This document shows positions 9,879 to 21,084 of a stretch of DNA of 64,000 nt, in pieces. Source of the stretch: Halarcobacter sp. (GTDB lineage: Bacteria; Campylobacterota; Campylobacteria; Campylobacterales; Arcobacteraceae); NCBI GenBank assembly GCA_048571215.1, contig CP182352.1, forward strand, positions 1 through 64,000, written 5' to 3'. How positions within the stretch are numbered: the first letter of the stretch is position 1; every line of letters begins with the position of its first letter. The translations under genes were made by a program, and so were the position numbers. The notes under the pieces were generated by a model. It did no database searches. It was given only the letters and a program-made list of their open reading frames with translations, and was not told the DNA's origin.

Positions 9879-10874
9879 ATGAGTTTAAAAGAAGATATTG
9901 GTTTTACATTGTGGTGCGATTTTGTTGAAAGAGATTTTTTAGAAAATAAATTTAAAGAGTTAATTGAAGATGAGATAATACACGGTGCAACTTCAAATCC
10001 AGCTATTTTTGAATCATCTATTTCAAACTCAGTTGCCTATGGACAACAATTAGAGATGTTACAAGCAAATGAACCTAAAACAATCTATGAAGAATTAGCT
10101 ATTACAGATATAAAAAGAGCAGCAGAACTTTTAGATGATTTGTATAGGGAAGATATAAATGATGGTTTTATCTCTATTGAGGTTGATCCATCACTTTGTG
10201 ATGATGCAGCAGGGACAATTGAAGAGGGAATAAGACTAAATGCCCAAATAGGTGCAGATAATGTAATGATAAAAGTTCCTGCAACACCTGCTGGTTATGA
10301 GGCTATGAAAGAGCTTACATCTCAAGGTATAAATGTAAATGCAACATTGATTTTTTCTCCATCACAAGCTATTGCTTGTGCAAAAGCTTTAGATGAGGGG
10401 ATTAAACTTTCAAATAAAGATACAAAAGCTGTTGTTTCTGTTTTTGTATCAAGATTCGATAGAAAATGTGATACTTTATTTGTACAAAATGGTTTAAAAG
10501 CCGCAAAACTTGGAATTATGAATGCAACAAAGTGTTACCATGAAGTTGAAAAATTTGGGAACAAAAATATTAGGACACTTTTTGCAAGTACAGGAGTAAA
10601 AGGTGATGATTTACATCAAAGTTATTATGTAGATAAACTAATTTATCCAAATACTATAAATACAGCACCTTTAGCTACTATAGAAGATTGGGTTGAAAAT
10701 GGAGAAAAAGAGCCAAGTAAACTAATTGAAGAGAATGAATGTGATAAATATTTTGAGATAATCTCTAAAAAAGGGATTAAAATGAGTGATATTTATTCTT
10801 CTTTATTAAAAGAGGGATTGGATTCATTTAAAGAATCATTTAAAGACCTACTACAAAAACTACAAAGAGATTAG
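9879..10874 (+). CDS. tal: Transaldolase
   Basis: GATSNPAIF, SIEVDP, NVMIKVPAT, NVNATLIFS, SVFVSRFD, LFASTGVK. Confidence 0.96.
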   Translation: MSLKEDIGFTLWCDFVERDFLENKFKELIEDEIIHGATSNPAIFESSISNSVAYGQQLEMLQANEPKTIYEELAITDIKRAAELLDDLYREDINDGFISIEVDPSLCDDAAGTIEEGIRLNAQIGADNVMIKVPATPAGYEAMKELTSQGINVNATLIFSPSQAIACAKALDEGIKLSNKDTKAVVSVFVSRFDRKCDTLFVQNGLKAAKLGIMNATKCYHEVEKFGNKNIRTLFASTGVKGDDLHQSYYVDKLIYPNTINTAPLATIEDWVENGEKEPSKLIEENECDKYFEIISKKGIKMSDIYSSLLKEGLDSFKESFKDLLQKLQRD

Positions 10875-10962
10875 TCCTTGTAACTAGAAAGTAACCTTAT
10901 AAGGTTGCTTTTAGATGCTTAAGGCAAAATTAGATAAAATCCCAGATTATTAAAAAAAAGGC

Positions 10963-12321
10963 ATGATTATGAAAAATTGGAATCCTAATAGTTGGAGAGA
11001 TTTTCCAATAAAGCAACAACCAACTTATACTGACTTGGAGAAACTAAAAAAAGTTGAAGCTGAATTAGCCTCATATCCTCCATTGATTTTTGCAGGAGAA
11101 GCTAGAAATTTAAAAGCTAAATTAGCTGATGTTGCAAAGGGTAATGCTTTTTTACTTCAGGGTGGAGATTGTGCAGAGTCATTTACATCTTTTAATGCAA
11201 ACAATATTAAAGATTTATTTAAAGTTATGATGCAAATGGCAGTTGTTTTAACTTTCTCTGGTGGAAAACCAGTTGTAAAAGTTGGACGTGTTGCTGGACA
11301 GTTTGCAAAACCAAGAAGTGCAGATTTTGAAGAGATAAATGGTATTGCTTTACCTTCATATAGAGGGGATATTGTAAATAATATTGAATTTAATGAAAAA
11401 GATAGAGCACCAAAACCCAAAAAACTTTTAAAAGCATATAATCAAAGCGCAGCTACACTAAATCTACTTAGAGCATTTGCAAGAGGTGGAATGGCAGATT
11501 TAAATCAAGTTCACTCTTGGAATTTAGATTTTGTTAAAAACAATACCTTAGGTGAGATGTATGAACAATTAGCAGATAAAATATCTGAAACATTAAAGTT
11601 TATGGAATCATGTGGAATCACAAGTGAAAATACAAACCAACTAAGAGAAACTGTACTTTATACTTCTCATGAAGCTTTACTTCTAAACTATGAAGAGGCA
11701 CTTACAAGAAAAGATTCACTTACTGGTGATTGGTATGATTGTAGTGCTCATATGTTGTGGATAGGAGATAGAACCAGAGGTTTAGATGATGCACATATTG
11801 AATATTTTAGAGGGATTAAAAATCCTATAGGATGTAAAGTTGGTCCATCTATGAAAGAGGATGAACTTATCAAACTAATTGATACTTTAAATCCTGAAAA
11901 TGAAGCTGGAAGATTAAATCTTATAGTTAGAATGGGACATGATAAAGTAGCAGATATTTTTCCAAGCCTTTTAAAAAGAGTTGAGAGCGAAGGTAAAAAT
12001 ATTGTTTGGTCATGTGATCCTATGCATGGAAATGTTGAAAAAACACCAAATGGTTACAAAACAAGAGACTTTGCTAATATCTTAAGCGAAGTAAAACAAT
12101 TTTTCCAAATCCATAAGGCACAAGGAAGTGTTGCTGGTGGAATCCATTTAGAGATGACTGGACAAAATGTAACAGAGTGTACAGGAAGTACAAGTTCAGC
12201 CATAACAGCAGAGGGACTTAGTAGTAGATATCACACCCAATGTGATCCAAGATTAAATGCGGATCAAGCTTTAGAGCTAGCATTTATGATTGCTGAAACT
12301 TTAAAAGAGGCTAGATCTTAA
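10963..12321 (+). CDS. Class II 3-deoxy-7-phosphoheptulonate (DAHP) synthase
   Basis: [47 protein letters not shown]. Confidence 0.95.
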   Translation: MIMKNWNPNSWRDFPIKQQPTYTDLEKLKKVEAELASYPPLIFAGEARNLKAKLADVAKGNAFLLQGGDCAESFTSFNANNIKDLFKVMMQMAVVLTFSGGKPVVKVGRVAGQFAKPRSADFEEINGIALPSYRGDIVNNIEFNEKDRAPKPKKLLKAYNQSAATLNLLRAFARGGMADLNQVHSWNLDFVKNNTLGEMYEQLADKISETLKFMESCGITSENTNQLRETVLYTSHEALLLNYEEALTRKDSLTGDWYDCSAHMLWIGDRTRGLDDAHIEYFRGIKNPIGCKVGPSMKEDELIKLIDTLNPENEAGRLNLIVRMGHDKVADIFPSLLKRVESEGKNIVWSCDPMHGNVEKTPNGYKTRDFANILSEVKQFFQIHKAQGSVAGGIHLEMTGQNVTECTGSTSSAITAEGLSSRYHTQCDPRLNADQALELAFMIAETLKEARS

Positions 12322-12333
12322 TTATATAACTAC

Positions 12334-12362
12334 AAAAAGGGAGAAAAACTCTCTTCCTTTTT
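12334..12362. terminator. Probable bidirectional intrinsic terminator
   Basis: Imperfect hairpin AAAAAGGGAGA...TCTCTTCCTTTTT between convergent genes. Confidence 0.55.
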
Positions 12363-12367
12363 AAATA

Positions 12368-12709
12368 TTATAAGAAAGTGTTTTTATAAATCTCTTCTTT
12401 AAATCCTACTAAAACATTATTTTCATATTTTACGACAGGTCTTTTAACTAACATTGGCTCTTTACATAACCATTCAAGTTTACCTTGCTCATTTAGGTTT
12501 AACTCTTTTAGTTTCAAGTCTCTATATTTTGTACCTCTATTATTGAAAACAATATCAATTCCTGCTTTCTCAACCCAAAATTTTACAGTATCAAAAGAAG
12601 GTGGATCTTTTCTTAAATCAGAAAATTCAACTTCTATATTATTATCTTTAAAAAACTTTAAGGCTTTTCTAACAGAGTCACAGGTTTTAATTCCATAAAC
12701 TGTAATCAT
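12368..12709 (-). CDS. ArsC/Spx family (YffB-like) protein
   Basis: YGIKTCDSVRKA, PMLVKRPV, LVGF. Confidence 0.88.
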   Translation of the reverse strand: MITVYGIKTCDSVRKALKFFKDNNIEVEFSDLRKDPPSFDTVKFWVEKAGIDIVFNNRGTKYRDLKLKELNLNEQGKLEWLCKEPMLVKRPVVKYENNVLVGFKEEIYKNTFL

Positions 12710-12719
12710 AGACTTCTCT

Positions 12720-13010
12720 TTACTCTATAATTTTAGGTACTATAAAGTAACCATCTTCGCTTTTAGGTGCATGGTTTAAAATATGATTAGATAGTTCTAA
12801 ATCTTGACTAGATACATCTTCTCTTAGTGGTGTTCCACCTTCAACTGTGTTAAATGTTGCTTCAATACTAGAAACATCTATCTCATTTAAATTTTCAACA
12901 AAATTTATAATATCTGCAAGCTCCGATTTTAGAGCCTCTTTTTTAGAATCTTCTATTTCTAAGCTTGATAGTTTTGCCAATTTTTCAATCAGTTTATCAT
13001 CAACTGTCAT
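12720..13010 (-). CDS. gatC: Asp-tRNA(Asn)/Glu-tRNA(Gln) amidotransferase subunit C
   Basis: LAKLSSL, TPLRED, APKSEDGYFIVPKIIE. Confidence 0.95.
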   Translation of the reverse strand: MTVDDKLIEKLAKLSSLEIEDSKKEALKSELADIINFVENLNEIDVSSIEATFNTVEGGTPLREDVSSQDLELSNHILNHAPKSEDGYFIVPKIIE

Positions 13011-13083
13011 AATCTTCCTTCAAAATACATTATTTTATATAAAAATTATAGCTAAAAAGAGTTTTGTTTGTGGTTAATAAAGA

Positions 13084-14214
13084 TTAAACCTCTACCCCTC
13101 TTTTTTTGTAAAACTCTTTTTTAAACTCCAGCCAGTTATCTTCTAAAATAGCGGCTCTTGCTTGTTTCATAAGATTTAAATAGTAATAGATATTATGAAT
13201 AGAACCTAGTCTAAAATATGTTATCTCTCCTGCTCTAAACAAGTGATTTAAATATGCCTTATTGAAGTTTTGACAAGTATAACAACCACACTCTTCATCT
13301 ATTGGAGTATCATCCTCTTTAAAGGTAGCTTTTTTTATATTTATCCTACCAAAGCTTGTAAATAAAGTTCCATTTCTAGCATTTCTTGTTGGCATAACAC
13401 AATCAAACATATCAACGCCTCTTTCAATATTTTCAATCAAATCTTCAGGAGTTCCAACACCCATTAGATATCTTGGTTTATCCTCTGGCATAAAATCTGT
13501 AGTCCATTCAACAGTCTCATACATAGCTTGATTTGGTTCACCAACACTTAATCCCCCAATTGCAAAACCATCATAATCATTCATAGCACAAAGTTGTTCT
13601 GCACTCATCTTTCTAAACTTTTTACTTGTACCACCTTGAATAATTGCAAAGATATTTTGATTTGTACCAATCCCTTTTGCTTGTTGTTCTTTATGGTATG
13701 TAATGGCCTCTTGTGCCCAAGCTGTTGTTCTTTCAATCGATTTTTTGATTCTTTCATCTGTATTAGGTAAGGCTACTAAATCATCTAATATCATCATAAT
13801 ATCACTATTTAAATCGTATTGAGTATCTAAAACACTTTGGGGTGTGAAGTAGTGTTTACTTCCATCTATGTGTGATTTAAACATAATCCCTTTTTCATCT
13901 GGCTTTGAATTATCACTAAGAGAAAAAGCTTGAAAACCACCAGAATCTGTTAAAAAAGAATTTGGAAATTTTGAAAAACCATGAAGTCCTCCAAATTTTT
14001 TAACAAGTTTACTTCCAGGTCTTAAATATAGGTGATAGGTGTTTCCTAAAATGATTTTTGCACCTAAACTTAACATATCGTTTGCATCAAGAGCTTTAAC
14101 CGTTGCTTGGGTCCCAACTGGCATAAAAACAGGTGTTTCAATTGTGCTATGTGCTGTTTTTATAGTACATGCTCTTGTTTTGTGATATGATTTTGCGTCA
14201 ATTTTAAATTCCAT
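13084..14214 (-). CDS. tgt: tRNA-guanine transglycosylase
   Basis: [44 protein letters not shown] zinc site. Confidence 0.97.
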   Translation of the reverse strand: MEFKIDAKSYHKTRACTIKTAHSTIETPVFMPVGTQATVKALDANDMLSLGAKIILGNTYHLYLRPGSKLVKKFGGLHGFSKFPNSFLTDSGGFQAFSLSDNSKPDEKGIMFKSHIDGSKHYFTPQSVLDTQYDLNSDIMMILDDLVALPNTDERIKKSIERTTAWAQEAITYHKEQQAKGIGTNQNIFAIIQGGTSKKFRKMSAEQLCAMNDYDGFAIGGLSVGEPNQAMYETVEWTTDFMPEDKPRYLMGVGTPEDLIENIERGVDMFDCVMPTRNARNGTLFTSFGRINIKKATFKEDDTPIDEECGCYTCQNFNKAYLNHLFRAGEITYFRLGSIHNIYYYLNLMKQARAAILEDNWLEFKKEFYKKRGVEV

Positions 14215-14297
14215 ATAAAACTAATCCTTTTGTATAAAAAAGTGATTATATCTAAATAAAAGTAAATGATTAGAGATAAAAAGATATAATCTTGGTT

Positions 14298-15725
14298 ATG
14301 AAAAAAATATTAGTAATACTTGATGGGATTGTTGCAAAAAAACTTATGCAAAGAATAGTTCAGTCTAATACTAGAGAGAACTATTATGATGTTGTATATA
14401 TGAATGATGCAATTATTCCTAATCAAAAAGCATCTAACTTTACATTTTATAAATTTGATCCAACTTCTGAATCAAAACTTGCAATGGTTTTAGATAAAGG
14501 GGTTCATTCTCAAGTTTTAATTTCACTTAATTCAAAAGATGAAATGTTAAATGTAGTGAAAAATATAAAAGTAAGAAAAAAAAATCTTCAAATCACTATT
14601 TTAGATTATTGGGGAATAGAACTTGATGATCCATATGTAAATATCTATAAAGGGATTGAAGTTTTAGCAAATGGAATGGTTGAAAGATTGCCAAATGTTC
14701 CAGTTATGGCTCAAAATATAGGTTTAAGACAAGGTGAAATAATGGAGATTAAAATCCCATTTGGAAGCTCTTATGCCTATAGATATGTGGGCTCAATTGA
14801 ACAAAATGAGTGGAAAATCTTTGGTTTATATAGGGGTGAACATCTAATAGATATAAAACCTTCTTTGATTTTAAAACCAAATGATGTTATTTTGGTAATA
14901 GGAAAGCCAACAGTATTAATGCAAGTTTATAATGCAATAGGAAAATCACAAGGGCAATTTCCTATGCCATTTGGACATAATAATTATCTATTTTTAGACC
15001 TTTATTTACAAACAAAACATAGGGTTATGGATGTTATAAATGAGGTTAAATATCTAAATAAAAGATTTAAAAATAGAAAAATGGTTATTAGAATAACAAG
15101 ACCAACTACAATTGATGTTATCAATCTTATAAAAGATAGTTTTAAAGATGATGATACTGTTGAAATCAAAATGGATTATCATAATTTAGGGATGATAAGA
15201 CTTCTTAAGAGTGATTTGAAAACTTATGATATTGGTATGATTATACTTACAAATGAGATGTTTGATAAAAGAAGAGATACCAAAAGTTTATTGGAATTAA
15301 AAGTTCCAATTTTTAAACTTGGAGATGACCTTATAGGTTCAGTGAAAAGAACAGTTGTTGTAATCAATGATATTAACTCTTATGAGCAAATATCTCCTGT
15401 TGTATTTGATGTGGCAGGACAACTTAAAACAAAAACAAAAATATTTAATATGGATCCAATAGGTGAATATGAGGATAAGACAAATCTTCTTGATCATTTT
15501 GAGAATTTAGCAAAAATATTTAATGAAAAAGTTGAAATAATCTCAGGTGAGAAAAACCCTATCCGAGAGCTTAAAAAGTTAGATAATACATTACAAATAT
15601 TACCATTAAAAGAGCAGATGTTAAAACAACGATTTGCTTGGAGATTTTTATATACAAATCCTGATTTAATTTCTTTTGATTCAAATAGATTTAGTCAGTT
15701 ATTAATACCAATTATTGAGGAATAA
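14298..15725 (+). CDS. TrkA-C (RCK) domain protein, COG3400-like
   Basis: GEIMEIKIPFGSSYAYR...LILKPNDVILVIG RCK-C segment; start taken at ATG 14298. Confidence 0.75.
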   Translation: MKKILVILDGIVAKKLMQRIVQSNTRENYYDVVYMNDAIIPNQKASNFTFYKFDPTSESKLAMVLDKGVHSQVLISLNSKDEMLNVVKNIKVRKKNLQITILDYWGIELDDPYVNIYKGIEVLANGMVERLPNVPVMAQNIGLRQGEIMEIKIPFGSSYAYRYVGSIEQNEWKIFGLYRGEHLIDIKPSLILKPNDVILVIGKPTVLMQVYNAIGKSQGQFPMPFGHNNYLFLDLYLQTKHRVMDVINEVKYLNKRFKNRKMVIRITRPTTIDVINLIKDSFKDDDTVEIKMDYHNLGMIRLLKSDLKTYDIGMIILTNEMFDKRRDTKSLLELKVPIFKLGDDLIGSVKRTVVVINDINSYEQISPVVFDVAGQLKTKTKIFNMDPIGEYEDKTNLLDHFENLAKIFNEKVEIISGEKNPIRELKKLDNTLQILPLKEQMLKQRFAWRFLYTNPDLISFDSNRFSQLLIPIIEE

Positions 15726-15731
15726 AATTAA

Positions 15732-16868
15732 ATGAATTTTGAAAAATATCCATTTGAAAAATTAAATGAATTATTAGAAAATGTTACTCCAAATAGTAAA
15801 TATGAGTTATCAGCACTTACCATAGGTGAGCCAAAGTTTGAAACACCACAATTTATACAAGATGCACTTATAGAGTCAACACCTTTATTACAAAAATATC
15901 CAGCAAGTGCAGGAATGCCTGAACTAAAAGAGTCTATGATAAATTTTGTAAATAAAAGATTTAAAGTTGCTTTACAACTTGATGAAATAATTCCAACTTT
16001 TGGAACAAGGGAGGCTTTATTTAACTTCCCACAATATGTTTTATTTGATAAGTTAAATCCAACTATGGCATACACAAACCCTTTTTATCAAATCTATGAA
16101 GGAGCTGCAACTGCTAGTAGAGCTGAGGTTATTCATATAGATTTAATAAAAGAAAATAATTTTGAAGCAAAATTAAGTGAAGAAGAGTTAGAAAAATGTG
16201 ATTTGGTTATATTAAACTATCCTAACAATCCAACATCAGCACAAATGGCAAAAGAGAAGATGGTATCTTGGGTAAAAAATGCTTTAAAATATGATTTTGT
16301 TTTGGTAAATGATGAGTGTTATTCTGAAATCTATTTTGATGAAGAGGATAAACCTTGTTCCCTTTTAGAAGCAAGCATTGAAGCAGGAAATGAAAAGTTT
16401 AAAAATATAATAGTTATGAACTCAATTTCAAAAAGAAGTTCAGCTCCAGGTCTTAGATGTGGGTTTGTTGCTGGAGATAAAGAGATTTTAAAAGGGTATA
16501 TGCAATATAGAACATATGTAGGATGTGCTTCCCCTGTACCTTTACAAATTGCTGCTACTAAGGCTTGGAATGATGAAGAACATGTTCAAGGTTTTAGAAA
16601 GATTTATAAAGAGAATTTTAAAATTGCATATGAAATTTTAGGAATAAAAGCCCCACAAGCTTCTTTTTATATTTGGCTTGAGGTAAAAGATGAGTTGGAG
16701 TTTACGAAAAAACTTTTTGAACAAAAACATATAAAAGTTCTTCCTGGAAGTTTCTTGGGAAGAAATGGTATTGGAAAAGGGTATGTAAGAATCGCACTTG
16801 TTGAAAACCCTACTAAAACAAGGGAAGTTCTTACAAGACTTAAGGAGTTTATTGATGAACAAAAGTGA
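15732..16868 (+). CDS. dapC: Succinyldiaminopimelate aminotransferase
   Basis: YPFEKL, TIGEPK, NPFYQIYEGA, DECYSEIY, SISKRSSAPGLRCGF PLP site. Confidence 0.9.
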   Translation: MNFEKYPFEKLNELLENVTPNSKYELSALTIGEPKFETPQFIQDALIESTPLLQKYPASAGMPELKESMINFVNKRFKVALQLDEIIPTFGTREALFNFPQYVLFDKLNPTMAYTNPFYQIYEGAATASRAEVIHIDLIKENNFEAKLSEEELEKCDLVILNYPNNPTSAQMAKEKMVSWVKNALKYDFVLVNDECYSEIYFDEEDKPCSLLEASIEAGNEKFKNIIVMNSISKRSSAPGLRCGFVAGDKEILKGYMQYRTYVGCASPVPLQIAATKAWNDEEHVQGFRKIYKENFKIAYEILGIKAPQASFYIWLEVKDELEFTKKLFEQKHIKVLPGSFLGRNGIGKGYVRIALVENPTKTREVLTRLKEFIDEQK

Positions 16869-17436
16869 GTTAAATGAAGCTAGAACAAATCCAGATTTTC
16901 TAAAGTATTTAGAAGAAACAAGAGTTGATGCTATAAAAAGTAAAGATATTATGGCTTTATATGAGGTATTAGATTCTTTGTTGGTATTGGATTTAGAAGA
17001 GGAGAAGATAAACTCTGTTTATGAAAATATATTAAAAATCTCATTTGAAAATGTGGAAAAAATTATAAATGAAAATAGAAGATTAGATTTAGAAAATGAA
17101 AATCTGTTTTATGTAAGAGCTTTTTATGAATATGCTGTTGAAAAATGGAGTTATAATGACTTTAAAGGGGCAAAAGAATTGATCTTTGTTTTATTAAATA
17201 TACTAGAAGATGAGGAGTTAAATGACTCATTTAAAGTACATATTGTAGCCTTATCAAAAGAGAATGAACTTGATTCTTTTTATGAAAATGAAGTGGATCT
17301 AAACTTTGAAAGTGGTGATGAAAAATATGGATACTTTATCACAAACTTTAATTTTGATAAAAAAAGTTTTATAAAAGAAAATGAAGAGATTTTAAAAAAA
17401 GAGTATAAAAACTTAAAACATCTATTGGAAGCTTAA
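16855..17436 (+). CDS. Acidic helical hypothetical protein
   Basis: ORF between dapC and murC, overlapping both; AAGGAG before ATG 16855. Confidence 0.75.
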   Translation: MNKSELNEARTNPDFLKYLEETRVDAIKSKDIMALYEVLDSLLVLDLEEEKINSVYENILKISFENVEKIINENRRLDLENENLFYVRAFYEYAVEKWSYNDFKGAKELIFVLLNILEDEELNDSFKVHIVALSKENELDSFYENEVDLNFESGDEKYGYFITNFNFDKKSFIKENEEILKKEYKNLKHLLEA

Positions 17437-18749
17437 TGAAAGTACATTTTATAGGAATAGGTGGAATTGGCCTTTCTGCCTTAGCAAGATTTTTAAACTA
17501 TGATGGTCATGAGATTAGTGGTTCTGATATAAAAAGTTCACCAATAACAAAAGAGTTGATAAATGAGGGGATAAAAGTATCTTGCCCTCAAAGTGCTGAT
17601 AATATTAGTGAAGATTATGATATTGTTATCTATTCTGCTGCTGTAACAGATGAGAATCCAGAGCTTATTGAAGCTAGACTTAGACAAATAAGAACCTTAT
17701 CAAGAAAAGAGGCTTTGCCTATAATCTTAGGGGATAAGAAAAATTATTGTGTAGCAGGAGCTCATGGAAAATCAACCACAACTGCTATTTTGGCATCTAT
17801 TTTAAACTCTTCTGCGCTTATTGGAGCTATTTCTAAGGATTTTGGTTCAAATTTTAGGTATGTAAATGATTTAGTTGCCTTTGAAGCAGATGAATCTGAT
17901 GCTAGTTTTTTACTTTCAAATCCCTATTGTTCAATTGTTACAAATGCTGAACCAGAGCATATGGAGTATTATCAATATGATTATGATAAGTTTTTTGAAT
18001 CATATGAAAGATTTATAGAACTTGGTAAAAAAAGAGTTTTAAATGGGGAAGATGAATATATAAAAAAACTAAATGTATCTAATGCAACATATTTATATCC
18101 AAGTGTGGATATAAAAAACCTCTCTTTTATGTTAAAAGATGGGGAACCATGTACTAGATTCCAATTAAAAGATTTAGGATTTTTTGAGGTTTGGGGTTTT
18201 GGTTATCATATAGCAATTGATGCTTCATTGGCTATATTAGCTTCATTAGATGAGTTAGATATAGAGACTATTAGAAAAAATATTGAAAACTATAGGGGAA
18301 TTAAAAAAAGATTTGATATAGTTCAAAAAAATAAACAAATGGTTATAATAGATGATTATGCCCACCATCCAACAGAAATAGAAGCGACTATGCGTTCTAT
18401 TGAACTTTATGATAATCTAACAAATATCCAAAAAAGAGTTGTAATCTGGCAACCCCATAAATATTCACGTACAAAAGATAATCTTGAAGGGTTTAAAAAA
18501 TGTTTTAGACGATGTGATGAGTTAATTATTTTACCAATTTGGACAATCCCAGGTGAACAAAAAATTGATATAGACTTTAAGAAAGAGTTTGCAGCTTATA
18601 ATCCAATTTTTGCAGACTATATAAAAACTTCAGAAAATAAAATTGAATTGATAAAAGATGAAAAAATTGTAGCAACATTAGATACTGGAATAATTCTAGG
18701 TGTTGGTGCAGGTGACATTACATATCAGCTACGAGAACATAATAAGTAG
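17436..18749 (+). CDS. murC: UDP-N-acetylmuramate--L-alanine ligase
   Basis: HFIGIGGIGLSA, AGAHGKSTTT, EADESD, DDYAHHPTEI, QPHKYSRT. Confidence 0.97.
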   Translation: MKVHFIGIGGIGLSALARFLNYDGHEISGSDIKSSPITKELINEGIKVSCPQSADNISEDYDIVIYSAAVTDENPELIEARLRQIRTLSRKEALPIILGDKKNYCVAGAHGKSTTTAILASILNSSALIGAISKDFGSNFRYVNDLVAFEADESDASFLLSNPYCSIVTNAEPEHMEYYQYDYDKFFESYERFIELGKKRVLNGEDEYIKKLNVSNATYLYPSVDIKNLSFMLKDGEPCTRFQLKDLGFFEVWGFGYHIAIDASLAILASLDELDIETIRKNIENYRGIKKRFDIVQKNKQMVIIDDYAHHPTEIEATMRSIELYDNLTNIQKRVVIWQPHKYSRTKDNLEGFKKCFRRCDELIILPIWTIPGEQKIDIDFKKEFAAYNPIFADYIKTSENKIELIKDEKIVATLDTGIILGVGAGDITYQLREHNK

Positions 18750-18773
18750 GTAAAATAATTTTTACCTACTTAT
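18742..18773 (+). terminator. Inverted repeat at murC end, probable terminator
   Basis: ATAAGTAGGTAAAA-TAAT-TTTTACCTACTTAT, 14-bp perfect stem. Confidence 0.6.
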
Positions 18774-18933
18774 ATTAATAATAAAACTATCATAAAAATA
18801 ACTAAGCTTACTTATTGTACTGCTGGCTTTACTGCAAATTAACAAATTCTTATTATATTATTTATGCAAATAAATGTTACAATAATAATATTAGTATGCT
18901 ACGTTCATGCTACACTTTTATAAAGGGTTTTAC

Positions 18934-20937
18934 ATGTTTAAAAATTTTAGTACTAAAGCAAAACTTATGTCTTTGCCTATGGTATTTGTAGTCATTGTTA
19001 TTATCTCTGGTGTAATATACACATATTATGATGGTATAGTTAATAATAGAATAAGTTCTGCAACACAAACAGAAATCTTCACACAACAGGTTTTAAAAGG
19101 TAGAATTGCAGTTTATCAATTCTTACGAGCACCATCTGAAGAGAAAGCTCAAAATGTAGTTGATAGTTTTGATCTATTAGATAAAAATGTTTCAAGTTTG
19201 AAAGAAAAACTTTCTCTTGAAAAAGATATTAAAATTTGCGATGAGATTTTAGAAGAATCTGAAAGCTATATCAAATATTTTAATCAATTCTCTAAAAAAC
19301 GAATTACTGAGTTTAATAATGGTATAACAAAAGAATCTGAAGATTTAAAATCAATTATCTCTAATATGGTTAAATCGGGACAATCTTTAGAAAAAAGTTT
19401 ACAAAAGATAAATAAAAGTGCTTTATCATTAAGAGCAGAGGCAGAAACATCTTTGAAATACACTTTAATAGCAATAGCTATAGTATCAAATCTATTGTTT
19501 TTGCTTTTTTCAACAATATTGACAAATATAATATTATCAAGCCTTGAAAAATTTAAAAAGGGTTTATTTTCATTTTTTGCATTCATCAATAGAGAGACAG
19601 AAGATAGTGAACCATTACAAATAGATGGAAATGATGAATTTGCACAAATGGCAAAAGAGCTTAATGATAATATAAACAAAACAAAAAATGGCTTACTTAG
19701 AGATAATGAAGCTGTAAAAGAGGTACTTTCTATAGTTGAAAAAGCAAATGATGGTTATCTTGATTTAGAAGTAAGAAGTAAAGCTAATAATCCTCAATTG
19801 ATACAATTATGTAGTGCTTTAAATAGTATGTTATTTGGTTTTAGAACTCATATTGATGCAGTAAATAGTGTATTAAGTGAATTTAGTAACTATAAGTTTA
19901 CAAATACAGTTGATGAAAAAAATATACATGGAGATATGGAAAAACTTATAAAAAGTGTAAATTTTTTAACTGATGAGATTTCAACTTTATTAAAAAATTC
20001 ATATATTATTGGACTAACTTTAGATGAAGCTTCTGATCAACTAATCATAAATGTGGATACTTTAAATACAAGTTCAAATGAAGCTGCTGCATCCCTTGAA
20101 GAAACAGCTGCCGCATTAGAAGAGATAACTAGTACAATTGTTAATAATGCAGACAATGTTCAATCTATGAGTGATTATGCACTTAGATTAAGTGAATCAG
20201 CTAAAAAAGGTCAAACCCTTGCACAAAATACTTCAGGTGCTATGGAAGATATTACAGCGCAAGTTAATTCTATTAGTGAAGCTATTACTGTTATTGATCA
20301 AATTGCCTTCCAAACAAATATTCTTTCTTTAAATGCAGCAGTAGAAGCAGCAACAGCAGGTGAAGCTGGGAAAGGTTTTGCTGTGGTAGCCCAAGAGGTT
20401 AGAAACTTAGCTTCAAGAAGTGCAGAGGCTGCAAAAGAGATAAAAAGTATAGTAGAAAATGCAACTTCTAAAGCTTCTCATGGTAAAGAGATTAGTAATG
20501 AGATGATAAAAGGATATGATGAATTATTGGTAAATATTTCTAAATCTACTGAAAAAATTTCTGAAATTGCAAGTGCTAGTAAAGAGCAAGAACAAGGTAT
20601 TACTCAAATTAATGATGCTGTAACACACTTAGATCAACAAACACAAAAAAATGCACAAATTGCAGCTTATACTCACGATATTGCTGTTGAAACAGATACA
20701 ATTGCAAAAGAGATAGTAAAAGATGCACAAGAGAAAGAGTTTTTAGGAAAAGATAGTGCACAAGCAAGAAAACATAATAAAAGTTCAAATTTAAGCTCAA
20801 CAAAAGTAGAGAAGAAAGTACAAGCAGTTGATAAAAAAGTTTCAAAAACAGAGACTAAAAAAGCAAGCACAAAAGTTGAAGCAAAAAAAGTTATTAAACC
20901 ACAAAATCATGATGAAGATGAATGGGAGAGTTTTTAA
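18934..20937 (+). CDS. Methyl-accepting chemotaxis protein
   Basis: Two TM helices flanking a periplasmic helical domain, HAMP regions, [38 protein letters not shown]-terminal EWESF; alternative start 18907. Confidence 0.95.
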   Translation: MFKNFSTKAKLMSLPMVFVVIVIISGVIYTYYDGIVNNRISSATQTEIFTQQVLKGRIAVYQFLRAPSEEKAQNVVDSFDLLDKNVSSLKEKLSLEKDIKICDEILEESESYIKYFNQFSKKRITEFNNGITKESEDLKSIISNMVKSGQSLEKSLQKINKSALSLRAEAETSLKYTLIAIAIVSNLLFLLFSTILTNIILSSLEKFKKGLFSFFAFINRETEDSEPLQIDGNDEFAQMAKELNDNINKTKNGLLRDNEAVKEVLSIVEKANDGYLDLEVRSKANNPQLIQLCSALNSMLFGFRTHIDAVNSVLSEFSNYKFTNTVDEKNIHGDMEKLIKSVNFLTDEISTLLKNSYIIGLTLDEASDQLIINVDTLNTSSNEAAASLEETAAALEEITSTIVNNADNVQSMSDYALRLSESAKKGQTLAQNTSGAMEDITAQVNSISEAITVIDQIAFQTNILSLNAAVEAATAGEAGKGFAVVAQEVRNLASRSAEAAKEIKSIVENATSKASHGKEISNEMIKGYDELLVNISKSTEKISEIASASKEQEQGITQINDAVTHLDQQTQKNAQIAAYTHDIAVETDTIAKEIVKDAQEKEFLGKDSAQARKHNKSSNLSSTKVEKKVQAVDKKVSKTETKKASTKVEAKKVIKPQNHDEDEWESF

Positions 20938-20960
20938 ACACCTTTTTGTAATGAAAAAAT

Positions 20961-20990
20961 AACCCATCTTTTTATATAAAGATGGGTTTT
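20961..20990 (+). terminator. Intrinsic terminator after the MCP gene
   Basis: AACCCATCTTT-N6-AAAGATGGGTT followed by a T-rich run. Confidence 0.8.
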
Positions 20991-21084
20991 CTCTTTTAAA
21001 AGTGAATACTAATATTATAGATTTAATATGAAATAAAGTTGATTATATTAAAATATATTATCTTTGCCTTTTAGGATATAGATT

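Noticed and set aside
18895..18936. Leaderless start of the MCP at ATG 18907 (TATGCT-N6-ATG)
   Set aside because: A second ATG at 18934 has an AAAGGG SD-like sequence and gives a typical MCP N-terminus, so the case is ambiguous.
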